From Nitrososphaerota archaeon (GTDB lineage: Archaea > Thermoproteota > Nitrososphaeria > Conexivisphaerales > UBA164): a stretch of DNA of 64,000 bases. Of this stretch, positions 46,160 through 54,628 are shown piece after piece; within the stretch, counting starts at the first letter, position 1, and each line of letters starts with the position of its first letter. The notes below the pieces were generated by a model. That model was not told where the DNA came from, searched no databases, and was given only the letters and a program-made list of their open reading frames with translations. The DNA lies in NCBI GenBank assembly GCA_009903795.1, contig WYER01000003.1, positions 8,637-72,636 on the forward strand, read 5' to 3'. The position numbers were made by a program, and so were the translations under genes.

Positions 46160-47221
46160 TTGCATAACATAATGATTAGCGAAGAATTTTTAAACCGTTA
46201 TTCAAGGCAGATTGTTCTTAAAGATATAGGCTTAGAAGGCCAAGAAAAGCTTCTAAAATCTAAGGTTACGGTCGCAGGCGTTGGGGGACTTGGTTCTATG
46301 GTTGCTTCGCTGCTTGCAAGGATAGGTTTTGGAGAAATTCATATAGTTGACAGAGATGTCGTATCGTTAAGCGACCTGCACAGACAGATTCTCTATGATG
46401 AAGGAGACTTAGGCATACCAAAAGTTTATGCTGCAGAAAAAAAGCTTAAACAAATAAATTCTGAAGTTAAGGTTTATCCGCATGCTTTAAGCGTTAACAA
46501 TTACGGTATGATGAAGCAAATAATCAACGATTCAGATATAGTAATAGACGGGCTGGATAACATGCTAGCAAGGTATAACTTGAACATTTTGGTAGTAACC
46601 CTAGGTAAGCCTTACGTCTTTGCATCAGCTATAGAAAACTACGGAAATCTTAGCAGTATAGTTCCAGGTAAGACTCCATGTCTGAACGAGTTTTATGGAG
46701 ATTTTAAAGACCGTGAACTTCCTACATGCGCTACTGCAGGTGTAAACCCGGCTATAGTTACCTCAATAGCTTCTTTGGAAGTTAACGAAGCGATAAACCT
46801 TGTTTTAAGGGGGAGATCTCCTTTTTTTGGAAAACTTGCTCTGCTCGACCTTAACATAGGAAGCCTTGAAACTGTAGATCTTAAGAAAGATCCAAAATGT
46901 GATGTTTGTAACGCGAAGGCAAAACCAGAGATAGAGCCTCGCGTAGAAATTAGTTGCAGCAAAGACGGGTTTACTACAGTTTTTGTTAACAACTACGTTG
47001 ATGGTTTAAATCTTGAGAACGTTTCAAGAAATTCCCGGATTAGAGTCGCTTTAAAAAATGAAAATTATATATCAGGATTTTATGAAGATTCAAGGTTTAC
47101 ATTATTCAGCACAGGTTATGCTGTCTTTCAGTTTAAATACTATGATGATGAAATAAAAAACAAGGTAGAAAAGATTTATGAGCTCATCGTTGGGCGAGAC
47201 TATAGTAAAAAGGCTCTCTGA
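46160..47221 (+). CDS. E1-like activating enzyme (ThiF/MoeB/UbaA family) with an extra ~100-aa C-terminal domain
   Basis: RYSRQIVLKDIGLEGQEKLLKSKVTVAGVGGLGS, VDRDVVSLSDLHRQ, and C..AGV plus CDVC zinc motifs. The probable true start is the ATG at 46172 (MISEEF...). Confidence 0.85.
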   Translation: MHNIMISEEFLNRYSRQIVLKDIGLEGQEKLLKSKVTVAGVGGLGSMVASLLARIGFGEIHIVDRDVVSLSDLHRQILYDEGDLGIPKVYAAEKKLKQINSEVKVYPHALSVNNYGMMKQIINDSDIVIDGLDNMLARYNLNILVVTLGKPYVFASAIENYGNLSSIVPGKTPCLNEFYGDFKDRELPTCATAGVNPAIVTSIASLEVNEAINLVLRGRSPFFGKLALLDLNIGSLETVDLKKDPKCDVCNAKAKPEIEPRVEISCSKDGFTTVFVNNYVDGLNLENVSRNSRIRVALKNENYISGFYEDSRFTLFSTGYAVFQFKYYDDEIKNKVEKIYELIVGRDYSKKAL

Positions 47222-47855
47222 GGTTTATAAGATAGAAAAAGACGAATTCGCCCCGCTTAACTTTAAAGATCCTTTCTTGATATTGATTTCAATTATACTT
47301 AGCCAGAACACTACAGACAAAAATGCATTAAAAGCAATGAAAAACCTCTTGGCCAGCAGACTTACAACCCCCCAGGACTTTCTTAAAGCTGGTACAGAGA
47401 AAATAAAACAACTTATAAAAGTAGCAGGTCTCTATGAACAGAAAGCAAATACGATTATCAGCTTAGCAAGCTGGACTCTCGAAAAATACGGAGGAGACCT
47501 TACAAAGCTGAAGCAAGAAGAACCTGAGAAGGTTTACGAGGAGCTTACTAGAATAAAGGGCATAGGACCCAAAACTGCTGACGTTTTTCTCATATTCTAT
47601 CTTAAAGTGAGGACATTTCCAATAGATACCCATATAAGAAGAGTAGTAAAACGCATAGGAATAGCAGAAGGAAGCTACGAAAATATGAAAAAGAAACTCC
47701 TTCAAGTGTTTCCCGATCCGTTTAAAGCGCATATATTGCTGATAAAACATGGAAGAACAACCTGCACCGCCAGGAATCCTAAATGCAATCAATGCGTAAT
47801 CAATAATTTTTGCAAATATTATTCATCTTTAAATTATTCTAAAAAAGATAATTAA
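47178..47855 (+). CDS. nth: Endonuclease III (HhH-GPD DNA glycosylase with a 4Fe-4S cluster)
   Basis: 225 aa with ILSQNTTD, IKGIGPKTADVFL, IDTHIRRV and CTARNPKCNQCVINNFC motifs. Confidence 0.9.
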   Translation: MSSSLGETIVKRLSEVYKIEKDEFAPLNFKDPFLILISIILSQNTTDKNALKAMKNLLASRLTTPQDFLKAGTEKIKQLIKVAGLYEQKANTIISLASWTLEKYGGDLTKLKQEEPEKVYEELTRIKGIGPKTADVFLIFYLKVRTFPIDTHIRRVVKRIGIAEGSYENMKKKLLQVFPDPFKAHILLIKHGRTTCTARNPKCNQCVINNFCKYYSSLNYSKKDN

Positions 47856-47889
47856 GCTACCCTCTCATTTTTTGCGAAAAAGATTATAG

Positions 47890-49245
47890 TCATTTGTTTG
47901 AATCCACAGCTAAAGTTTCAAAAAGCGAAGCAAACGCGTTCTTTGCGCTCTTAAAGTATAAGGATGAACCTTCGAGCTCTGAATAACGGTAAACGAACCC
48001 TTCAGAGAAATTTTTTGAAATTCCAGCCGGTACCCCCCAGTTTATCGGGTTAATTTTTAAGCTCGCCAACACATCTTTAGCATCAACATATTTGCCCGGT
48101 TCAAAAGAATACAGGCGCATGTCATTTTCTACCCAAACGTATCTGTGACTTTTCAGAAACTTTATAACGTTTTCAGGAAAGTATACGGATGGACCTGACC
48201 TTATTTCAAAGTTTCTCTTATCAAACTCAAGAAAAACCGCAATAGTTACCCATGTATCATACTCTGAAACTGTAGACCTGATAATTCTATAACCGCTGTT
48301 CTTAAACGCGTTTCTTACAGCTTCTTCTGCTTTATAGTACATACCCCATCTAATGTCCTCAACAAGATCAGGAGCCTTAAAAGAAATCATTACAACGTTG
48401 TTTGATGTTCTATCTTCAGGCACTGGTTGTCTTTCAGCAAAATATTTAACATCAGGGGATTTTAAGAAATTTAAAGCTAACACTTTCAGCTTTCCCAAGA
48501 CCCTGTTTTTGATTGCAAGGGCTAAATTCCTTTTCTGATCAACAGGGTCCAAAATTATTACCGGCGTAGTAAAAACTTTTTTTGGGTCATAATCATAAGG
48601 CTCAAGCGCCACAACTTCTCCCTGTTCCCATGCTACGATGTTTTTAAGTATTTCTACAAATGACCCATACTTTACTGCAAGTACCTCAGATAAATAACCA
48701 CTAACGCCGCCTACTTTAATTTCAGCGCCATAGAGCCCGTTGCTTTTAAGAAACTTTTTAAAGACCCTTACCTCGCCCCTGAGCTCAGGGTTAAGTTTTT
48801 TCAAAAGATACTCGTTATGATACCTGCTTCTGTCCATGCTGGTTATCCACTTTCCAGGTGGAACGTCTGCGCATGGTACCAGGTTGAACTTTATGCCGTT
48901 TAGCATGCCTTCAATGTAAGGATGTTCTGCATAATTCTTCCAATAATTCAGGTCTTTGACGACCTCTTCAAGCTCTTTCAGCCCTTTTTTCCCTATTCCA
49001 TCAGATCCCAGAGCGGGGTCGAACAGAACAAAAAAATCAATATCTGCGTCCTCTGGCAACCAGGTATCTCTTGCATAAGAACCTCCAAGAATAAATTTTA
49101 AACCTCTCCTTCTAAGCCTTTCAGATATAATGTTTTCAATTTCTTTAAGCCTCTCTCTATCTTTTTGACTTGGGGTAACCTGCTGTTTTATTTGTTCTAC
49201 TAATTTCTTTATCTCTTCATAGTTTATATCAAATTCAAATTTCAT
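47890..49245 (-). CDS. cca: CCA-adding enzyme (archaeal class I tRNA nucleotidyltransferase)
   Basis: 451 aa with LGGSYARDTWLPEDADIDFFVLF and YAEHPY motifs. Confidence 0.9.
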   Translation of the reverse strand: MKFEFDINYEEIKKLVEQIKQQVTPSQKDRERLKEIENIISERLRRRGLKFILGGSYARDTWLPEDADIDFFVLFDPALGSDGIGKKGLKELEEVVKDLNYWKNYAEHPYIEGMLNGIKFNLVPCADVPPGKWITSMDRSRYHNEYLLKKLNPELRGEVRVFKKFLKSNGLYGAEIKVGGVSGYLSEVLAVKYGSFVEILKNIVAWEQGEVVALEPYDYDPKKVFTTPVIILDPVDQKRNLALAIKNRVLGKLKVLALNFLKSPDVKYFAERQPVPEDRTSNNVVMISFKAPDLVEDIRWGMYYKAEEAVRNAFKNSGYRIIRSTVSEYDTWVTIAVFLEFDKRNFEIRSGPSVYFPENVIKFLKSHRYVWVENDMRLYSFEPGKYVDAKDVLASLKINPINWGVPAGISKNFSEGFVYRYSELEGSSLYFKSAKNAFASLFETLAVDSNK

Positions 49246-49291
49246 ACGCTAAAACAGAGTAGAATTGCAAACTATTTTAACTTAATGAAGG

Positions 49292-49822
49292 TTAAGCAAG
49301 ATCATCTTGAATTGCCAAAGCTATGTTTTTCAGCGTTATTTCTTTATCTTCACTTATCTTCTGTATAAGAAAACCTATACCAAGCCTTTTTGCGAGTTCA
49401 GCGTTTATCCCTTTTTTAAGAGTTTCTTCGAGTATCCTTTTTGCAGTATCCGCATTGCCCCTCTGATAATGAACAACGGCAACGCAGACTTTAATAATTT
49501 TCTGAATGTCTTCTTTTTCGTTACCAATAGCTCCCTGCCACAAATCTTCAAGAAGCTCGTGGGCCTCCCAGCATCTTCCGTTCTTTACAAGCTCTTCCAG
49601 ACTATGGTTACACTTTTCTAATTCGCATTCTTCAACCTTATTTAGTTTTAAAAGATGACTGATTTTTTCACCCTCAAAACAATTAGATATGTAATCCACT
49701 TCAACGTATTTCCCAACCCTAACATCGTTAACCTGCAACCCGTTAGATCTCAATAATGTTTTGAGCTTCTGTGAGTCTACAAAGCTGTACGCATTATTTT
49801 TAAAAATAGCTAGACATCTCAT
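49292..49822 (-). CDS. DUF309-domain protein with an uncharacterised N-terminal domain
   Basis: 176 aa. CWEAHELLEDLWQ...K..IKVCVAVVHYQRGN is the DUF309 pattern. Confidence 0.5.
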   Translation of the reverse strand: MRCLAIFKNNAYSFVDSQKLKTLLRSNGLQVNDVRVGKYVEVDYISNCFEGEKISHLLKLNKVEECELEKCNHSLEELVKNGRCWEAHELLEDLWQGAIGNEKEDIQKIIKVCVAVVHYQRGNADTAKRILEETLKKGINAELAKRLGIGFLIQKISEDKEITLKNIALAIQDDLA

Positions 49823-49882
49823 AACAAAAATATCTATAAGATGTTTAAAAAGAAAGAGCAGTTTTTAATGAGTTGTAAAAGA

Positions 49883-51241
49883 TCAAGCTGAATTTATGAA
49901 TTCGTTGTGCACTGCGTTTATAGCTCTTCTGCAGTCCTGGCTGTTTATAACAAAACCTATGTTAAGCTCGCTCGAACCCTGCATTATCATTATTATGTTT
50001 ATCTTTTCCTTTGCAACGGCTCCAAATAGCCTGCTAGCAACACCTGGAGTACCCTTCATTCCCTCCCCTATGATTGAGACAGCGCATACGTTGTCAACTA
50101 TCCTGTAATCTTGAATCTTTTCACCCATAAACTGAATCTCTATGATGTTCCTGTAGCTGTTTATGTCGTTTCTGTCTATTATTATGTTTACCTCAGAGCC
50201 GGACGGGCTTTGGGTCACCGTGTAAAACTTGAGGTTAGAAAGCAAAAAACTATTGAGAAGGTTTGGCAAAAGCGACCTTAGCCCAGTACCCATCAACGTA
50301 AATATAGCTAAGTTGTCAAGATGCACTACAGCTTTAACTACGTTTGAGGAAACAACACCTTCTCCCCTTATCACCGTCCCGCTTTCGAGCGGAGCTTTTA
50401 TATCGTTTACATAAAGCTCAACGCCTTTGGACTTTAAAAGTTCCATAGCTTCTGGGTTAAATATGCTTGGTATAAAAGAAAAAATTTCTAAAGCTTCACT
50501 GTAGGATAGTATGTCTATTTTTCTTGCCCCCTTTATTATTGACGGGTCGGCACTCATGAGCCCTTTTACGTTTGTCCAAAGATCCAGCCTGTTACTTTCT
50601 GAAGATATAACAAGAAAAGATGCGATAAGATCAGAACCGCCGTCCTGAAGCTTAACTATCTTCTTATCTGAGGTAGAAGCCGTAAGTCCTCCTATAAACG
50701 TTATACTGTCAGGATCTGAGTTCTTTATAAAATTTTTGCACCTTTGGATTGACGCGTTAAACATTATTTCGTTCCTTGACTGGTCCACTATGATTCCTGA
50801 TTCATAACCGTTGTACGTTTTGATTTTCTCACTATCAATCTTTTTTGTTAAATATTTTTTTATTGATGAAATAATCATGTTCTCTACTGAAAGGTATATT
50901 TGACCTTCAAGCGCAGGATACGTTTCTTTTATTTTTGATATTAGTTCCAGGATTTCAAGGGCATTGTTAACTGATTCAAGCGTCTTCTTTTCATCATAAA
51001 AGCCTTTAATTTTGAATGTCTCATATATTTTCTTAAATTGCTCTTTAGCCTTCTGATCATCTTGCAAGGCTGTTTCAATGGCTCTTTTTATATCTTTTTT
51101 AATTGTTGATGGAACAGATACAACAAAAACACCGGAATTTTTGTACCTTTTTTCGATAAGCTCCCCTATGTATTCTAGGTTCAGGTCTTCAATTGCGCTG
51201 CCGCTTATTTTAGCTATACTTTGCACGAAATTACAAAACAA
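49883..51241 (-). CDS. Aspartate kinase-like protein with two C-terminal ACT domains
   Basis: 452 aa with a TTG start. GGSDLIASFL, LWTNVKGLMSADP and ACT motifs (VSIIGEGM...PGVASRLFGAVA) are present. The N-terminal KFGG motif reads KISG. Confidence 0.75.
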   Translation of the reverse strand: MFCNFVQSIAKISGSAIEDLNLEYIGELIEKRYKNSGVFVVSVPSTIKKDIKRAIETALQDDQKAKEQFKKIYETFKIKGFYDEKKTLESVNNALEILELISKIKETYPALEGQIYLSVENMIISSIKKYLTKKIDSEKIKTYNGYESGIIVDQSRNEIMFNASIQRCKNFIKNSDPDSITFIGGLTASTSDKKIVKLQDGGSDLIASFLVISSESNRLDLWTNVKGLMSADPSIIKGARKIDILSYSEALEIFSFIPSIFNPEAMELLKSKGVELYVNDIKAPLESGTVIRGEGVVSSNVVKAVVHLDNLAIFTLMGTGLRSLLPNLLNSFLLSNLKFYTVTQSPSGSEVNIIIDRNDINSYRNIIEIQFMGEKIQDYRIVDNVCAVSIIGEGMKGTPGVASRLFGAVAKEKINIIMIMQGSSELNIGFVINSQDCRRAINAVHNEFINSA

Positions 51242-51755
51242 TAACTTAATTTAAATTTTTTGTATCAATATGTGTCACTAGTTCACCACATGCTTGTAAT
51301 CCTCAAAATTGGTCTAATAAATTCTGCTAGCTGCTCATTAGATTATGTCATTGGTCCATTTAATCGTTGGTTAACATATAGAAGAACCTAAACGTTCTGA
51401 ACAAGTTACTTATATGGAAAAATTTTAGATTTATGCAAGTTCTTAAAGATATTTTTCATATTCTTATATATGAGGTTCTTTAAGTTCTGCTCTTACATAA
51501 ATAACATTATCTACCCTTGCAAGCGTCAACGTACCAAAAAGCTCCGTTTGTGCAAACAGTCTTATTAAAAGTTTTTTAGGAACGCTTTAAGTTGGTCTCC
51601 CTAATTCTTTAACTAATGTTTATTTCAGTTTGATCAATAAAGATAATCCTTTAATATAAAAAAGTGCTATTGGGTTAATTTAACCTGTTTGCACAATTAT
51701 TTGCTGGAAATAAAGCCAAATAAAAAATAAATTTTAAGCCCTAAATTAACAGCAT
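51242..51755 (-). mobile_element. Second decayed copy of the IS element, abutting the aspartokinase start codon
   Basis: It is colinear by eye with the reverse complement of 39042-39800 and with 24426-24916. Examples are catgcttgtaatcctcaaaattggtctaat, acccttgcaagcgtcaacgtaccaaa.agctcc and aagtgctattgggtt...tgtttgcacaattatttgctggaaat...aataaattttaagccctaaattaacagca. Confidence 0.6.
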
Positions 51756-51831
51756 ACATCAATCTTTAAAACAAGTAATGAAAAAATATGATATATGTTA
51801 GATATACAGCAAACATTTCTTATAATTAACA

Positions 51832-51899
51832 CCCCCGTTAACTTTTTATTACATTCTTTTAAGAAAAGTTTTTATATAATAATTTAGAAATGATTTACA
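51832..51899 (+). repeat. IS left-end-like fragment forming the 5' region of the wHTH gene pair
   Basis: cccccgttaactttttatt...tttagaaatgatttaca matches the IS left end gtgccgttaactt[aaggcttaaaa]tttatt...tctagcaaatgattaca. Confidence 0.4.
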
Positions 51900-51909
51900 G
51901 TGAAAGGCA

Positions 51910-52389
51910 ATGTCGACGAATTATTCTAAGGTTCGTTTGAAAATTGGTGTAAACGAGATAGAAATTTATGGAGTAAAAGATGACATGGAATATTTGGGTC
52001 AGCTGGCTTTGAAAATTTATGATACTGTGTCTAAAAATACAAGTTCGCTACAAAGCAAAATTACAGTTATAGAAAAAGAGGACGAAAAAGAAAAGCAAGC
52101 TGAAAACATAATCCAGCTTCCGGACATACAACTAGATCCAAATTCATCCTTACCTGCTAACATAATCAAATTGTTCATAAGCGAATGGGGAAAAAAGCCC
52201 AGAAGGCTTTCTGAAGTAAAAGAAGTGCTCGACAGCTTTGGCCTAGTCTATCCAAAGCAGACGGTAGCAGTATCTCTTTTGAGGCTTGCAAAAGAAGGAA
52301 AGATTAGAAGGTTTAAGAACGAGAGGGGAGAATATGTATATATTTCTGTTCCTTCAAAGATAGTACAGGAACAAGGTGAGACCGCATGA
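51910..52389 (+). CDS. Hypothetical two-domain protein with a C-terminal winged helix-turn-helix
   Basis: 159 aa. The N-terminal beta-rich module is KVRLKIGVNEIEIYGVKDDMEYLGQLALKIY, followed by an acidic linker. The C-terminal wHTH is RRLSEVKEVLDSFGLVYPKQTVAVSLLRLAKEGKIRRFKNERGEYVY. Confidence 0.5.
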   Translation: MSTNYSKVRLKIGVNEIEIYGVKDDMEYLGQLALKIYDTVSKNTSSLQSKITVIEKEDEKEKQAENIIQLPDIQLDPNSSLPANIIKLFISEWGKKPRRLSEVKEVLDSFGLVYPKQTVAVSLLRLAKEGKIRRFKNERGEYVYISVPSKIVQEQGETA

Positions 52390-52889
52390 GTACTACTTCA
52401 CTAAAAGTTGACATAAGCTATGGAGAGCTTTCAGCAACATTTAGCGGCAACCCAGATGAAGTACTCGTTGCAGTGACTAGGTTTCTGGCTTCTAACGTTC
52501 CAGCCATAGATGTTGCAAAAAAGATTCTGCTAAACTACGATTTACAGGAACTTATTCAGATGTTTTCAGACTACATAAAGATCACAAACGAAGGACCTCG
52601 CGTACTCCCTAGGGAAAACCTGAGCATAAAACAAAAGATAACTCTTCAGCTGGTTGGAAACAGAATAGCTTATTTGTTAAACAAGATACAGGATGAATCT
52701 ATGACATTACAAGATCTAATAAACGTTCTTGGACTTCCGGGAAAGTCTATAAGCAGTAGGCTGAGCGAGCTCGTTAAAGCCGGTCACGTTATTAGAATTC
52801 AGGATTCAAAGACTACAAAATATCAGATATCTACTATGGGGATCAAATGGTTATCTGACACCCTTACAGGAAAAATCAAAGCAGAGTGA
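52386..52889 (+). CDS. Hypothetical two-domain protein, paralogous in architecture to the upstream gene (C-terminal wHTH)
   Basis: 167 aa with an ATGA start/stop overlap. The N-terminus is LKVDISYGELSATFSGNPDEVLVAVTRFL. The C-terminal wHTH is MTLQDLINVLGLPGKSISSRLSELVKAGHVIRIQDSKTTKYQIS. Confidence 0.5.
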   Translation: MSTTSLKVDISYGELSATFSGNPDEVLVAVTRFLASNVPAIDVAKKILLNYDLQELIQMFSDYIKITNEGPRVLPRENLSIKQKITLQLVGNRIAYLLNKIQDESMTLQDLINVLGLPGKSISSRLSELVKAGHVIRIQDSKTTKYQISTMGIKWLSDTLTGKIKAE

Positions 52890-53044
52890 ACTAACCAGCC
52901 ATCACAAGCTGTGCTTCTCGCTTCATCTATACGCTTACGTATGAAATACTTGCAAAGTATTCCACCATCGCAGAGACGTTTCATCCTTTGGGCGTCTCGC
53001 CTGCGTCCCACAGGCAAAGCTCAGTTATTTCTGATTTCATTAGA

Positions 53045-53136
53045 TCAAGTTTTGACTTTGCTCTAGGCATTGCGGCTTCCCCAAAGGTCTGCGTGGCTTT
53101 CAGGGCAGTAAAGATGATGTGCTTAAGTCTTAAACT
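53045..53136 (+). repeat. Possible degenerate IS right end
   Basis: caagttttgactttgctctaggcat...aagatgatgtgcttaagtcttaaac resembles the IS right end caattttgttgattgcaagcat...gatcagaatgagcttaagttaacgg. The match is weak and includes an insertion. Confidence 0.3.
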
Positions 53137-53174
53137 TTATCTGCAGTACAGAATTGGACTTAACCCCCGATAAG

Positions 53175-54254
53175 TTAAAAAGTTTCTTTTGTACTGATAA
53201 CCTGAACTTTTCCTTCATTATATTTTTGCTTTATTATGTCTATTAGCTTTTCAAGGTTTATCCTCCTAAGGGCTGATATTTCTACATAATCCTTTATTCT
53301 GCCATCCTGGAATACAAATTCGTTTTTCTTCTGATCTATCTTGTTGAGCACAGCAACCACGTTATCTAAGTTTACTTCAAGCTCTTCAAGGACGTTCAGA
53401 CTCGTCATGTACTTTCTCCAAAAAAGCTCTTCATCCAGACTGTAATCAAGAACAAGAAGTATTAGGTCCGAATATTTTAACTCTTCAAGAGTAGACTTAA
53501 ATGACTCGATCAAATAATGTGGAAGCCTTTCTATAAATCCAACAGTATCGCTTATATAAACGTTATCCAATCCGTTTATCTTTCTTATGGTTGTGGTTAA
53601 AGTAGTGAACATTTTTCCGGTTACAGTTTTGTTCTCGTTTGTAAGAGCATTAAAAAGCGTCGTTTTACCAGCTCCAGTATAGCCTGCTAGGGCAACTATA
53701 AATTTGTCTTCTTCAAGCCTTCTCTGCCTGTGCAGGCTTCTCCTCATTCTTTCTCTTTCGAGCTTTTTTCTTAAACTGTTAATCTGCTTGTTAAGGAACC
53801 TTATGTACTTATCAACTTCGTAAGCACCGTAACCCATGGGACCAGTCTGCTCCCCCATCTTTGTTAACCTGACTATCTCCTTAATTCGTGGTATTTCATA
53901 CTGTAACTCTGCAAGCTTTACCTGAAGTTTAGCTTCAGTTGTCATTGCCCTTTTTTCAAATATGTCTAGTATCAGTCTTATCCTGTCTATGGTCTTTACG
54001 CCAAGAAGTTTGCTGAGATTATAGAGCTGAGAAGCGGACAGCTGTTCATCTATTATCACAAGATCTGGTTTCAATTTTTCTGTTAATTCCTTTAGTTCTT
54101 CTGCCTTTCCTTTGGACAGCCCGTACTTTCCTTCTTTCATGCTTTTAACTTTGAACGAAACTAATGGTCTGTACCCTGCTGAAGAAGCCAGCTCAATGGC
54201 TTCTTGCTCAGAGTAAGGTTCTCTGTAAGTTACAACTATAGATCTTTCGTTCAC
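53175..54254 (-). CDS. hflX: GTPase HflX
   Basis: 359 aa with the HflX N-terminal domain (LIIDEQLSASQLYNL, RLILDIFEKRA.T.EAKLQV.LA.L.Y) and a G domain (GYTGAGKTTLFNALT, DTVGF, NKID). Confidence 0.9.
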   Translation of the reverse strand: MNERSIVVTYREPYSEQEAIELASSAGYRPLVSFKVKSMKEGKYGLSKGKAEELKELTEKLKPDLVIIDEQLSASQLYNLSKLLGVKTIDRIRLILDIFEKRAMTTEAKLQVKLAELQYEIPRIKEIVRLTKMGEQTGPMGYGAYEVDKYIRFLNKQINSLRKKLERERMRRSLHRQRRLEEDKFIVALAGYTGAGKTTLFNALTNENKTVTGKMFTTLTTTIRKINGLDNVYISDTVGFIERLPHYLIESFKSTLEELKYSDLILLVLDYSLDEELFWRKYMTSLNVLEELEVNLDNVVAVLNKIDQKKNEFVFQDGRIKDYVEISALRRINLEKLIDIIKQKYNEGKVQVISTKETF

Positions 54255-54628
54255 TTTCTGAGCTTCACCTTTAAACTGTACTCGATCTTCCTTAAAGTTG
54301 GATAATCTGGGATTATTTTTTCCTGTTCTATCTTAGCAAGAAGGGATGGTTTTATCCCTATCTTTCTTCCGAGCTGTTCTTGGGTTAGGTTCATCTTTTC
54401 TCTTATCTCTTTAATTATCCTTCCGTAGCCATCTATAAGCTCGTATTCCTCTTCAACTTGATTTTTTGTAGGTCTGACTATACCGCTTACTTTTGCTTCA
54501 TTATTTTTGCGTTCGTTCACTATTTTTCCGTACTTTGCGCATTCTTCACATACTTTCAAATAAGCGCCATCTACCTCTATGGTTATAGGTTTACCGAATA
54601 TCGGTTTGCCACATATTTCACAATTCAT
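54251..54628 (-). CDS. mbf1: Archaeal multiprotein-bridging factor 1 (zinc ribbon + cro/C1-type HTH)
   Basis: 125 aa with CEICG...CEEC and then LTQEQLGRKIGIKPSLLAKIEQ. It overlaps the hflX start by 4 nt. Confidence 0.85.
   Translation of the reverse strand: MNCEICGKPIFGKPITIEVDGAYLKVCEECAKYGKIVNERKNNEAKVSGIVRPTKNQVEEEYELIDGYGRIIKEIREKMNLTQEQLGRKIGIKPSLLAKIEQEKIIPDYPTLRKIEYSLKVKLRK

Noticed and set aside
52823-53173. Two ORFs (52823..53017 minus, 52988..53173 plus) in the GC-richer spacer after the wHTH pair.
   Set aside because: They overlap each other and the hairpin and IS-like debris. No family resemblance, so they are treated as non-coding.
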